NCBI GenBank assembly: GCA_043228905.1
Contig: JBHGNT010000021.1
Span: 11,036,001-11,100,000, forward strand
Origin: Azolla caroliniana
Taxonomy: Eukaryota > Plantae > Polypodiophyta
Reading direction: 5' to 3'
Length of the DNA: 64,000 bases
Shown: positions 22,050-33,400 of the stretch, piece by piece
Layout of the letters: each line of letters opens with the position of its first letter
How positions within the stretch are numbered: position 1 is the stretch's first letter
The notes under the pieces: model-generated
Told to the model about the DNA's origin: nothing
What the model saw: the letters and a program-made list of their open reading frames with translations, nothing else
Databases searched by the model: none
Position numbers and translations under genes: made by a program

Positions 22050-23180
22050 TTCTTTCAGTATGCCGAGGATATCCTCGGGGGCGTGTGGTTGTTCGTTTTG
22101 ATCTGAAGGGGGAACCTCAGATGTGGCTACGTTTGTCGAGTCTAGAACTGGTGGCGGGGGTAGAGTTGGTGAAAGGGGGTTTTTTGTCGAGTGCAGTGTA
22201 GCCGCGGCTTCTCATTGAGTATCGCCTATTGAATCTGGCTCGGGTAGGGTTGTATTCTCGGTTTGTCGTTCTGGTGTGGGGTTAGTGTTAAACCGCTCCC
22301 AATGCTTGGCGACTAGTGCCTTGATTCTGGTTTTGGCCATACCGATCTAAGCACAGCAGACTTCCAATTCTTCCCTTGTTGCCTGGGCTTCTTGTTGGCG
22401 TTGGCGAACGATGTGTTCGCAAGTGGATTGGAGGTTGGCTGGTTGCCTTTGCTATTAAGATTTCGAGTTCTCGCTTGAGGGCAATTTCACGATCTGCCGC
22501 TTGTTCCTACAGCTCATCGAGTTGACCGATGGCTTCGTTGTGATGTTTCTTTGCCTCTTTGGTGATAGCGACTTGGGCCTCAAGTTCTTCCTCGTAGTTT
22601 CGTCAGTGAGGTTCAGTTTGAGTAGAAGCCTACACAGTTTGGGGGCGGGGTGCCCTATCTATCTGTGTAGATTTCTCGGTAGTCGTGACGACAGGATGTT
22701 GTATTGAATCGGTCATCATGGATGTGTCGATGGTGGTCACCACGAGATGGGACATGTCGTTTGTTTGTGTTCCGGTTTCGACAACACGCGATAACAAGTT
22801 TTGTAGAGGGGGGGATTGGGAGTTGCTTCTAGGAGGGTTGACAGTCGTGAAGTTGCTACTTCAACACCGCGATTCTTTGCTCGAAACCCTGCCACAAGTC
22901 AGTGGCCCGTTCTGCTTGCTTCTGGGCCGTTTTATTGCATCGTGCCATTTGTTTGGCCGCGCGAGTTGTGTGGTCCAAATCCCGATACGCCTCTACCAGG
23001 GCCATGTTTAAATTTCGTAGTTCCATGAGCAGAGGAGGGCTCTTTGCCTGCTTCTTCCGGCCAATTTTTTGCAGAGCTCGATCCTCATGAGGTTTGAGTT
23101 CTGCCATGAGGGCACGTTGAATCATCTTAGTCTCCGCATGCTCCTCGGCCATACGTGTTGCTGCAGCTACTTGGGCACGC
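22050..23180 (-). pseudogene. C-terminal part of the extra ORF of Gypsy C (continues from 45875-46940)
   Basis: Removing X and one ACGC copy gives in-frame ELMDFLAR|AQVAAATRMAEEH. Confidence 0.7.
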
Positions 23181-23387
23181 TGTCGCGTTGTTACGCGCGT
23201 GCGTGGAGAAAGGCGGGACCACGAGGGTCTTGGACTAGAGAGCGACGGAGCATAGGAAGTCGTACTTCACCGTTTCCGGGGCATCCCAGAGGCACACTGG
23301 AGGCAACCGAAGAGAGAGAGAGAGAGAAAGAGAAAGAGAAAGAGAAAGAGAGGGGATGCGCGCTTAACACCGACTTGCACACACACA

Positions 23388-23419
<32 letters not shown>

Positions 23420-26400
23420 GGCTGACCCGGCTCACGCCCTGATGTACAGGAAACGCAGGAAAGGGGAAGCACCCGACACCAACAGAGACGCGAATATACA
23501 CAGACAGACTCAAATGTATATATATATGAGGAAGAATACATTCCCGGCTTCGAGCCGGGCCAAGGTAGGTTACAACAGTCGTCTGTTGTCAAGCCACCGT
23601 CGGGGAGCTCTCGGCTCGTCGCGCCGAGCGGGGTCTTGCACACAAGGCTGAGCCAAAGCAAACCCTAAGCAAACATGAAGGGGGAAGAAGAAGAAGAAGA
23701 AGAAGAAGCGTAACTAACCCTAAATCTAACGGTATACCCTCTAACGTAAAATGGGCAACCCCTTCACAAAGGGCGCTCCCTTCCTTTTATAGAACAAGGA
23801 GAGGGATGCGTTACAATGTGGGATAAATCCCGGCTTACATGGGATCATCTGTCCCGACTTGACTACTCTTCGGCGCCATAAAGGCGCCCTCGTTATTTAC
23901 ACTAAATGTACAAGGGTGAGCACACACGCTGCACCCCGTCGATGTAGCCAATGTTTCCCGGTTTCCGCCTCTGGCCGAAATTCTTCACGACATCCGCCCC
24001 CACCTAACTGCACGTCCACCGGTACGTGCCAAATCTAGTTGAAGGGTGAGAGATTTCGTCCGGTGAGAAACAGGTCTTCCGTGATCCGCATCCCGGCTCG
24101 CTGCCGGCTTCATCCGTCGGCTTCGATTCTTCCTTCGCGCTTACCTCCCCGTAGGCTCGTTCGACCCGTCGATGGGTCCTCTGCCGCGATCTCCGTAGTA
24201 CGCATACTTCCGCTGGCCCTTGTTCGGCCGTATGAACGCCCCGCTCCCCGCCGTATGCCCGATGTCCTCCGTTGAGCATTCGTGTTGTCCTTATTGTCGT
24301 CCCATGTTGTTTCGCATTGCCTTCATCCTCTCGCCGCCACCTTCCTTCTCCATGGTCTTACATCGTCGCGCCGGCTCGAACCGCCATGGTCTCCGGAACA
24401 GTGTGGAGGATCCTTTTCGGCCTTCTACGCGCTACCTCCGAACCACGCAACCAATCTCCGTGCTCACCCTTCCGCTCCGGCACCTCCGTGTGCCACATTC
24501 ACTCATCCGTTGTTTGGCACCGGCTGTGCCATACTCCGGTTCATTGCACGCCTTGTCGGCCCGTTTCCCGGCCAGATCACGCATCGCCACTCACCCGCAT
24601 ACTGGTGTCCTCCGCACTCGAGGAACACCCCGTGGTAGCCCGCTTGGCCCTTCCCGTCTTCGTGTTGCTGCAACAGGTCCTGAGTCTTCCGCTTGCCGTT
24701 GTCCCCTCGCCCCCACCAGCTTGTCACCCCGGGCTTGCCTTGTCAGTCTTCGCTACTTCGACGGAGCTACCGAGATCTACGAAGCGAGTGTGGAGGATCC
24801 TCCTCCAGCCTCTCTTGCCATCCCCTGACTTCGACCCTGTGCAGTCCACTAGGCACCCGTCACCTCGTTCCCGGCACCTCCCTTGTGCTGTCTTCCGATT
24901 CCTTTGTTCGGCACCGCCTGCGCCGAATGTCGTCCTGTAGTCACGCTTTGATCCGGCCCGCGATGGCCACTGGCGAGACTCTTATTCCGTCCCAGGTGTG
25001 CCTTTCCGGCCCGACACACCTCCTTGTGTTTGCCCCTACCAGCTACTTCCGAAACCGTAACCGGCCGGTGAGGGTTTCATACTTCGTCCGCCCGTCTTAC
25101 CGGCTCCCTATCCGCTACCTCGTGTCGTCGGGTCCTGTTCCCTGCTGCCACCGTCCTTCTCCCTAGGTCTCACGTTGCCACATTGGCCGAACTGTCGGAG
25201 TCTCCGGATTGGTGTGAGGGTCCCATAGGACCGGACTCCGTTTCTATGCTTGCCGAAATTCGGGTGTCTTTTTGTTTGAGTCCCTCCTGGACTCTCCTTG
25301 TGTCTTCTGCGTAGTCGGGTCCCGTTTCCCGCCGCCACCAACCTTCTCTCTCGGTCTCATGTTGTCACGTTGGCCGAACTGCCGGAGTCTCTGATTAAGT
25401 GTGGGGATCCCGTAGGACCGGACTTCCTTACGCCCACTGACCTTGCCGGAAGGTTCGATTTGGTTCGTGGCCGCCTCGCCGGCCTGATACCTCCTTGCCG
25501 TTCGTCACCTCCTGTCGTCCGATCACGTTCTCCTGCCGCCACCGATCTTCCCTATAGGACTCACGCCGGCTCTCGGGCCGACCGCCGGATCGGTGTGAGG
25601 ATCCCCATAGACCGCCCATCCGTAGCCCTTTTTCCCTTCGTCACCTTGCCGCCACCGTCAGTATCTTGACCTTACGTCAACCGCGTTGCCGATTGCCAAA
25701 GTCTCTAGAACCGGTGTGAAGGATCCTCCTTGGGCCTCCAATTTGTCTTCCTGACCCTGTCCCGGGTCGTCCTTTTCCGCATGCCAAGAGGGCGGTTTGC
25801 TCCGCACCCTCTCCCGTGGTACCGACGTACCGTCTCCTCGGCCTCTTTGTAGGCCTGCTCACTTCCTCCTTCCCGGAATGGTCATCCGGGAGGCCGCTCT
25901 GCCCGGTTCTCGTCCGGGTCCGTTCGTCCTTCTCCGTATTGCCGGGTCCCGTTCTCCTGTCGCCACCAGCCTTCTCCCTAGGTCTCACGTTGCCACGTTG
26001 GCTGAACCGCCGAGGCCTCCGGACTAGTGTGGGGATCCTGTAGGACTGGACTTCGTTCTCCTCTTCATCCCTTGTACTTCTCCCGAACTCGTCGCTTCTC
26101 TCCTTCTCGCGTACTTGGCTCCATCCTCCATCTCTTTCGGTCTCACGTTGCCACGTCGGCCGAACTGCCAAAGTCTCCGGATAAGATGTGGCGTAACCGA
26201 TTTCACAACGTCTTTTTGCAACTCGTCCGGGCCACCGCCCCTTTTAGTGGTGTCGGTGGATAGCATCTGCTCTGTGATCAATCAAGCCCCGCCTGAGCTT
26301 GATTCTCCAATGTCCTGAGTTTCGGCTCTGCTGCCGATCTTGCCAGACTCGTTCCGAACCTTTGATCACCTTCCTTTCCAATTCCCGACCTTCCCTGGTC

Positions 26401-26551
26401 GGTCTTTCTCCCCATCTAAAAGAGGGCAGCTCGTCCCGCAACCTCTCCCATATCGGCACCTTTATGCCGATTCTGGCCCTGATCGAACAATCCACGACCG
26501 GATCACGCTCCACCCGTACCGGAGCATCGCGTGGTTCGGTCCCCAATCGGG

Positions 26552-27919
26552 TCATTCCTTGGTCTCCTTGTCACCCCTTTCGTTGGCCATCTCCAATCCA
26601 TCTTCGTTGGCATCGTGCCAGGACTCCTCGGTACCGCCATCCATCTCCTCGGTCTTACATGGGCATACGGGCCCGAACGCCGAGTTCTCCAGAATCGGAT
26701 CCGTGGGCTTTCGTCCGCTCCTTCCCCGTATCGTCTCGCCAGTGATTCTTGGTCCTTCGCCACTGCCTTCCTCCGGTTGGGACTCACGTGGGCACTCGGG
26801 CCCGACTGCCATCGTCTCGGGACCAAGTGTGGGAAGACACAAAGAATCGCCCGTCCGTTTTACGACCTTGTCCGTAGCCACCGACTCTTCATGGTCGGCG
26901 GTCGTCTTTTTACCGATCGCGCAAGCCCCGCCTGGGCTTGCTTCTCTGATATCCGGGGTTTCGGGCTGACATGCCCGAAACCGCCGGTCCCAACTATCCG
27001 GTTCCGCGATCCGTATCTCGGCCTCGTCCTTGGCTATTCTATCTCCGCAATTCGAGAGGGCGTTTTGTTCCGCACCCTCTCCCGTGGTACCGTCATACCG
27101 ATCTTCCGTCGTCGCGTGGGGCAAGTCTGTCTCCTCAGTCCCGGCTTGCGGCCTCGATCTTTCCTCTTCCTCGAGCATCGCCTCGAGAGCTGCATACGCC
27201 TCCGCAATCCGGGCCTCCACGCCGACCCTTGCCAGCTCCCTTTGTCGATCGGCCTCTTCCCGCTGTGATGGCACGCCGTCGCGCGCCTTCCTCTTAGCCT
27301 TCTCGGCTCGCTCATCGTCTAGCCATTGGCACACCCTTCCGACCTTTGACCAGTCCTCTGTAAGCCCATTCGCTCCATCTTCGTCTTCGAGCTCCATCCC
27401 GATGGCCTCCCATTCCGCTTGGTCGATCGACCTGACGAACAATAGGACCTTGCCCACCCCCACCAAACCTTGTTCCCGCTCCGGGAGCCGAGCAAGCCAT
27501 CGCTCGAACTCTCGGAACGCCTTGGTCACGCCCCGGTGGGTCTCTGCCGATGCTACCCACTGGTCAAAGTCATGTCATCCCCGGCTCTTCCGCCGTCCTC
27601 CGTATGCCTTTAGGAGCGCCTCTTCGAAGGCCTCCCATGAACTATGAGCCTCACAAAGCTCCTTTACTTCCACACGGATCCGGACAGCTACGACCCGACA
27701 GAAGAACTCCAGCCTCAACGACTCGTCTACGCCACGCTCCTCGATTTCCGCATTGTAGGCTTCCAAGTAAGATGGGACTTTGTCCCCGTTGAAACGGCAG
27801 ACTCTTTCGACCACTTGCTCGACCGCTTGTTGCGCTGCTTCTCGCCTCATCACCACTCGTGCCGACTCCAACACCACTTCGGCCACCATCACCACGAGGT
27901 CGTCATCTTCCGACTCCAT
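26552..27919 (-). pseudogene. Gag-like region of X
   Basis: RFNGDKVPSYLEAY..SWEAFEEALL..KVLLFVRSID..EDEDGANGLTEDW aligns with Y gag RFSGKDATSYLASY..RVLLFVKSVD..ETEDGLTAD. Confidence 0.8.
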
Positions 27920-27934
27920 CCTCCCTTGCCGCCT

Positions 27935-27952
27935 TTCACGTCGGGTTCACCA
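27935..27952 (-). promoter_or_regulatory. PBS of X (tRNA-Trp type)
   Basis: TGGTGAACCCGACGTGAA, complementary to the plant cytosolic tRNA-Trp 3' end as I recall it. Confidence 0.8.
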
Positions 27953-30418
27953 AAGATGTCGCGTTGTTACGCGCGTTGTCGTGAAGAAAACCGTCCCTTA
28001 GCACAATCGGTGCATAGCGCGCGTGAACCGGCTCTTCACGGTGTATTTAATAGGGATTAAGTACGTAGGTATATCCTGGGTAGTTAGATTCGGTAGGTAG
28101 GATGTAAATGAGGGAGACGGCTCCCTTCTTGACGCTATAAAGGAGAGGGAGACGCAGGGAGAAGGGATCGCGCATTAAGGAGGAAAAAGTGTTGTCGGAC
28201 CGTAACCGAACGCTTCTCCTCTGTTCGTTCTCGATCGCTCTTCTCTGCAGGGTTTCGGGAGGCTCGTGCTGCTTCGAGGAACGCCCGTGTGCTTCCGGCA
28301 GCACCTCCACCCTTTTCTCCTTTCGTGCACAGACGAACAGGCATCGACATCTGTTCGTCGGCCTGTTCGGTTGTAATCGCTCGCGTGCTCTGTTGTGTAT
28401 TTGTTATTCGTTAATCTACAAAAACTTGTGTCTCCCTGTCTCTGTGTCCATTCGCGTCTTCTGTGTTGACGGGTCGTGCCCCTGTGTTTCCTTGCTCGTA
28501 CGTAACCGGTCGTCTCTCTCTTTCTCTTTCCCCTCCTATCACCTCCTCTTCGGTTCAAGACCCTGGTGGTCCCGCCTCGTTTTCTCCACGCACGCGCGTA
28601 ATAACACGACATATTTGGTGAACCCGACATGAAGCAAGGCGGCAGAGGAGCAGAAGATGAGGGGGTCAGATCTTGCAGAGGCCATGGCTTCGGCCGTGGA
28701 CCGAATAGTGAGCGCGCGCGAGGGCACCGGCGCCCTTGACAGGGCTATTGAGGCGATCGTCGGTATGATTGGCCGGTTCAGTGGAAAGGATGCCACGAGT
28801 TATTTGGCGTCCTACCGGGTGGAGATGTTGATGAGGGATATTCCGCAAGAGAGCCTTCTTGCCGGATTCCCTCGAGTGGCGATGCCGGCCATCCATGCGG
28901 AGGTGCTCGAGGTCCGGGCGAAGAGCCGGACCTGGGAGGAGTTCGAAGGACAGCTCCTGGAGAAATACGGGCTGGAGGACGCGCTTCGACTTTTGAAGCG
29001 GGGCTTCATGGAGTGGGTGGAGTCCCCCAACAAAGGAAGAAATGCGTCGGTACTCCTCCGGGAGTTCGATCAGACTGTTCTGGACACAAGTCGTGTCCTA
29101 TTGTTTGTCAAATCGGTTGACGCATGGGTTCGGGGGCAAGTTGGCTCCTTACTGGAAACCGAAGACGGGCTAACGGCCGACTAGGCCGCGGTAAAGAGAG
29201 TCTGTGGCCGTTTTGACAAACGGTGGGAGTGGGCTGATACAGAGGCGACCAGGGCGGGACATGTCGCAGCAAGGAAGCTCGAACCGATACCGCAGGCGCA
29301 AAGGGAAGAGACCCGGGGTTGGCTCAAAACCGGTTCGTCTTCGATCGGCGTGATCAGAGGCTCGTCCGGGGGAACAGCTCTGGAGGAGTTGACACGAGCG
29401 GTAAAGGATCTCCAAATCGCCCGGGCTCGGAGGGAAGGCGGCGATCAGGCTCGTGACCGACGGCCTCCGGTAGGAAGTAGGTGCATATGGTGCGACGAGG
29501 TCGGCCACATCTAGAAAGACTGCGGGGACTTTATGGAGGCTTTGAGAAGCCGGGTAGTGTACCTGTGGGAAGGTCGGGTGCACGCCAGCGATACCCGGAG
29601 GGCCCTGAACCGAAACGATGGGCGAGGAGGAATGAAAAGGCTGATGGAAGAAGCGGCAGCCCAGCACGCGGAGACCGTCCACTACTCAGCGTCAGCCGGT
29701 ATTCGGGTCGGAGGCAGCGAGGCCCGGAAGGAGAGCAAAGCCGGGTTCTGGCCGACGGTGCTGGAAGGCCTCGTCGATGCCCGACTAAAGAGAGACGAGG
29801 CGGACCGCGCAGAGAAGCAGGTCCAGGAAGTAACCAGGTGGAGTGACCCGGTCAAAGAAAAGACGGGTTTCGTCGAAGCAGCCTGCCAGAACTACGAGGC
29901 TCTGGTTGAAGACAAACGGGTAGGTAAAACCGGAGGGGCCGGACCCTCACAGAGATACGAAACCCGATTCGGGCCGAAACGGAATGACGTCGGTGAGTAC
30001 AGTGCCCGGGATAACCACAAGAAGGGCGGATATCGTTTGGGCACGGAGATCGAAAGGACCACGGACCTACGAAAGGTCCTAGAAGAACGAATCCTCGACA
30101 GCAAAGTGGAACTGTCGTTGCGGGAGGTGCTCGGAATCGCCAAGAAGGAGTTCCACGACTCCATCGTAGACTTGGTGAAGAGGAAGAGGCTGTCGACAGA
30201 GGCAGAACCAGAAAGGCCTGTGGAGGTGTGGACGGCGCACTTAGAGGACATGGCGTTGGAAGACGAGTGGGCGGAGAGCCACTATTCGAGGCCACATTGG
30301 GCCCGAGCGACCACGGAAACCCCGGTGAAGATCGGAGATGTTCAGGAACCTGTGGTGGCGCTGGTGGACCACGGTTCGGAAATAAACCTGATGTCCATGG
30401 ACTTCTACAGGAAGGGGA

Positions 30419-33400
30419 TGTTGGGATTTCGGTCCCTCCGGATGGGATGTCCGGAGATGAATGACGGCAAGCCCGGTTGCGGTTACGGAGCCGGATGATG
30501 AAGACCCCGGCTACGGAGCCGGATGATGAAGACCCCGGTTACGGAGCCGGATGACGAATGTACCCGGAGAGAGATCCGGATGCGGAGACATATTTGTGAA
30601 TATGTTTGCCAAGAGCCCTTGAGGCTATATTTGTAAATAGCCCGAAAGTCATATGTGTATAAATATGACTTAGGGCAAACAGTTAAGTCTGTTGCTACTC
30701 ATTTTTCTGTTTTTCCACTCAAGAGGAGTGAAGAGAGAGCAGCCGTGAGAGAGATAGAGCGCGAGAGAGGAAGAGGTCGACGCCTCTGTGTATTTCCGCC
30801 GCCTGTGGCGAGGACAGCGAGCTCAAGGTCGTCGCCTTGCAGCTCGCCATTGTATACTTCTCTGTGCATAGTCTTGGTTCGGAGTCTTGTACTCCCGTGG
30901 TTTTTCCCGTACAGGGTTTTCCACGTTAAATCGTGTGTCCGCTTATTTCGTTTTGCATTTTCCTATTTTCTGCAACAACGATTCGTGTGTTTTCTTTGGT
31001 TGTGGCCGAGAGGTGAAGTTTGGAAAGTCTCGATTATTTCCATCAATTTGGTATCAGAGCGGGCTGCTGCAGAAAATGGAAGGCGGCGGCAGCGGGCAGC
31101 CGGGGATGATGGTGCTGAATGCGCAGAATTACGCCGACTGGAAGATCAAGATGGAGGATCTTCTGATTGTTCGGGACCTATACGAACCGATTGACAGGTC
31201 GGAAATACCGAAGGGGGTACTTGAGTCGGAATGGAGGCTTCTGAACCGGAAAGCCGTTGCAACCATTCGGCAATACGTCGACGTGAGTGTTCTACAACAT
31301 GTAGCGAACGACATCAACGCATATGAGATGTGGCGGAAGCTGTCGGGCCTCTACGAGAGGAAGAATGCGTTGAACCGGACCTCCCTGATGAGGAAGATAG
31401 TGAACCTCAAGTACCGGGACGGCGAGAGTATGGTGGGACACGTAAGCACGTTCATGGGATTCGTGAACCAGCTTGCGGCGATCAAGTTCCCGCTGGAGGA
31501 TGCAATGCAAGCCATCATCCTGATGTGTACATTGCCGGAAAGCTGGGAGAACTTGGTGGTGACTCTCAGCACCTCCTGCACGGAAGATAACTTGTCCCTA
31601 CAAACGGTAAAGACAAGTATTTTGAACGAAGAAGCGTGTCGGAGAGATAAAGAACCGGCCTCCGACTCGAAGGCGCTGCTTACCGAATCGGATCGGGGAA
31701 GACAATGGAACCGGAGTCCGCAAAGACGGGAGAAGTCGGGGACCCGGTCGCAGTCAAGAGGAAGGCCCACATGCTTCCACTGTGGGAAGTCGGGGCACTT
31801 CCGGAAGAATTGTCGGCATTACCGAAAGGACAACGGAGCCGACGACACCGATTCGAAGAAGTCACCGGAGAGAAACGGTGCATACCGGGGAGCCACGGAC
31901 CGAAGAGGTCCGGATCGGCGAGGGCAGGACCGGAAAGGAACGACGGCACTCGCGGCAAGTGAAGAAGAGATAATGCTCATTACCGAAGAGAGGGAGCTGA
32001 ACCTTGCCGGTGTAGAGATGACCTGGGTGGTCGATTCCGGAGCATCGTTCCACCTGACCCCGGAGAGAAGATACTTCTCATCCTACACAGCCGGTGAGCA
32101 TGGCTGTGTTCGGATGGGAAATGAAGGTACGTGCCGGATTGCCGGCATAGGAGACGTGTGGTTGACAACCCCGACCGGATGCAAAATGCTGCTGAAGGAT
32201 GTCCGACACGTTCCGGAGGTTCGATTGAACCTGATTTCGGCCGGGAGGCTAGACGATGAAGGCTACACGGGTAGCATCCGGAACGGCGTGATGAAGTTCA
32301 GCAAAGGGAGCCTGATAGTGGCTCGGGCCCGGAAGGTCAATACATTGTACCTGATGAATTCCCGACTATGTCCGGAGGAGCTGAACGTGGCAGCCGACAC
32401 TGCCGGTGAGCTGTGGCACAAGAGACTGTGCCACATGAGTGAGAAGGGGATGAAGAGGCTTGCAGAAGACAACCTTATTCCAGTGAAGCATGTGCACCTG
32501 GAGAAGTGCACTGATTGCCTGGCCGGTAAGCAGAACCGAACCTCCTTCCACTCAAGGCCACCGACGAGACGTAGCGCACCATTGGAGTTGGTGCATACTG
32601 ATGTGTGTCAGGTAGAAACGAAGTCACACGGCGGAGCCCAGTACTTCGTGACATTCATTGATGATCACAGCCGGAAGCTGTGGACAGCACCGTTGAAGAC
32701 AAAGGACCAAGTATTGTCCGTCTTCAAAGAACTCCACGCGAGAGTGGAAAGGGAATCCGGCAAGAAGCTGAAAGCGATACGAGCGGATAACGGAGGGGAA
32801 TACCGGGGGCAGTTCCAGGAGTACTGTCGCTCGAAGGGAATCCGGCTCAAGTTTACTGTGCCGAAGACGCCGGAACTGAACGGGCTGGCCGAGCGGATGA
32901 ACCGGACCATAATGGAGAGGGTCCGGAGTATGTTGGCGCATGCGGGATTACCCAAGGGGTTTTGGGCTGAGGCGATGTCGACGGCGACATACGTGATAAA
33001 CAGATCACCCTCAGTACCTTTGGACGGAGACACGCCGCAGAGAGTGTGGACCGGTAGGGAAGTATCCTACTGGCATCTGAAGGTGTTCGGGTGTCTCGCA
33101 TACGTGCATGTGGCAAAGGACCGGAGAGGAAAGTTAGATCCAAAGACCCGGCCATGCATATTCCTCGGTTACGGCAACGAAGAGTTTGGCTACCGAGTAT
33201 GGGACCCGGTCGACAAGAAGATATTCCGGAGTCGTGATATCATCTTCATGGAGAACAAGACACTCGCCGACTGGGAGTCGGAGAAGAAGATGAAGAGCTC
33301 CAAGTCGACCGGTGAGGATCAACTCTACGAGGAGCAGTCCCGACCGGCAAGGGACCGGTTAGCACTCGAGGATCCGGCCGAAGACGGTGAAGAAACAGAA

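Noticed and set aside
30481-30560. 28-bp and 18-bp arrays as possible CRISPR
   Set aside because: Head-to-tail units with no spacers, inside LTRs, and no cas genes.
30887-31075. N-terminal 63 aa of the 1420-aa track ORF
   Set aside because: It starts inside the LTR and crosses the PBS. ATG 31076 matches the start in A1.
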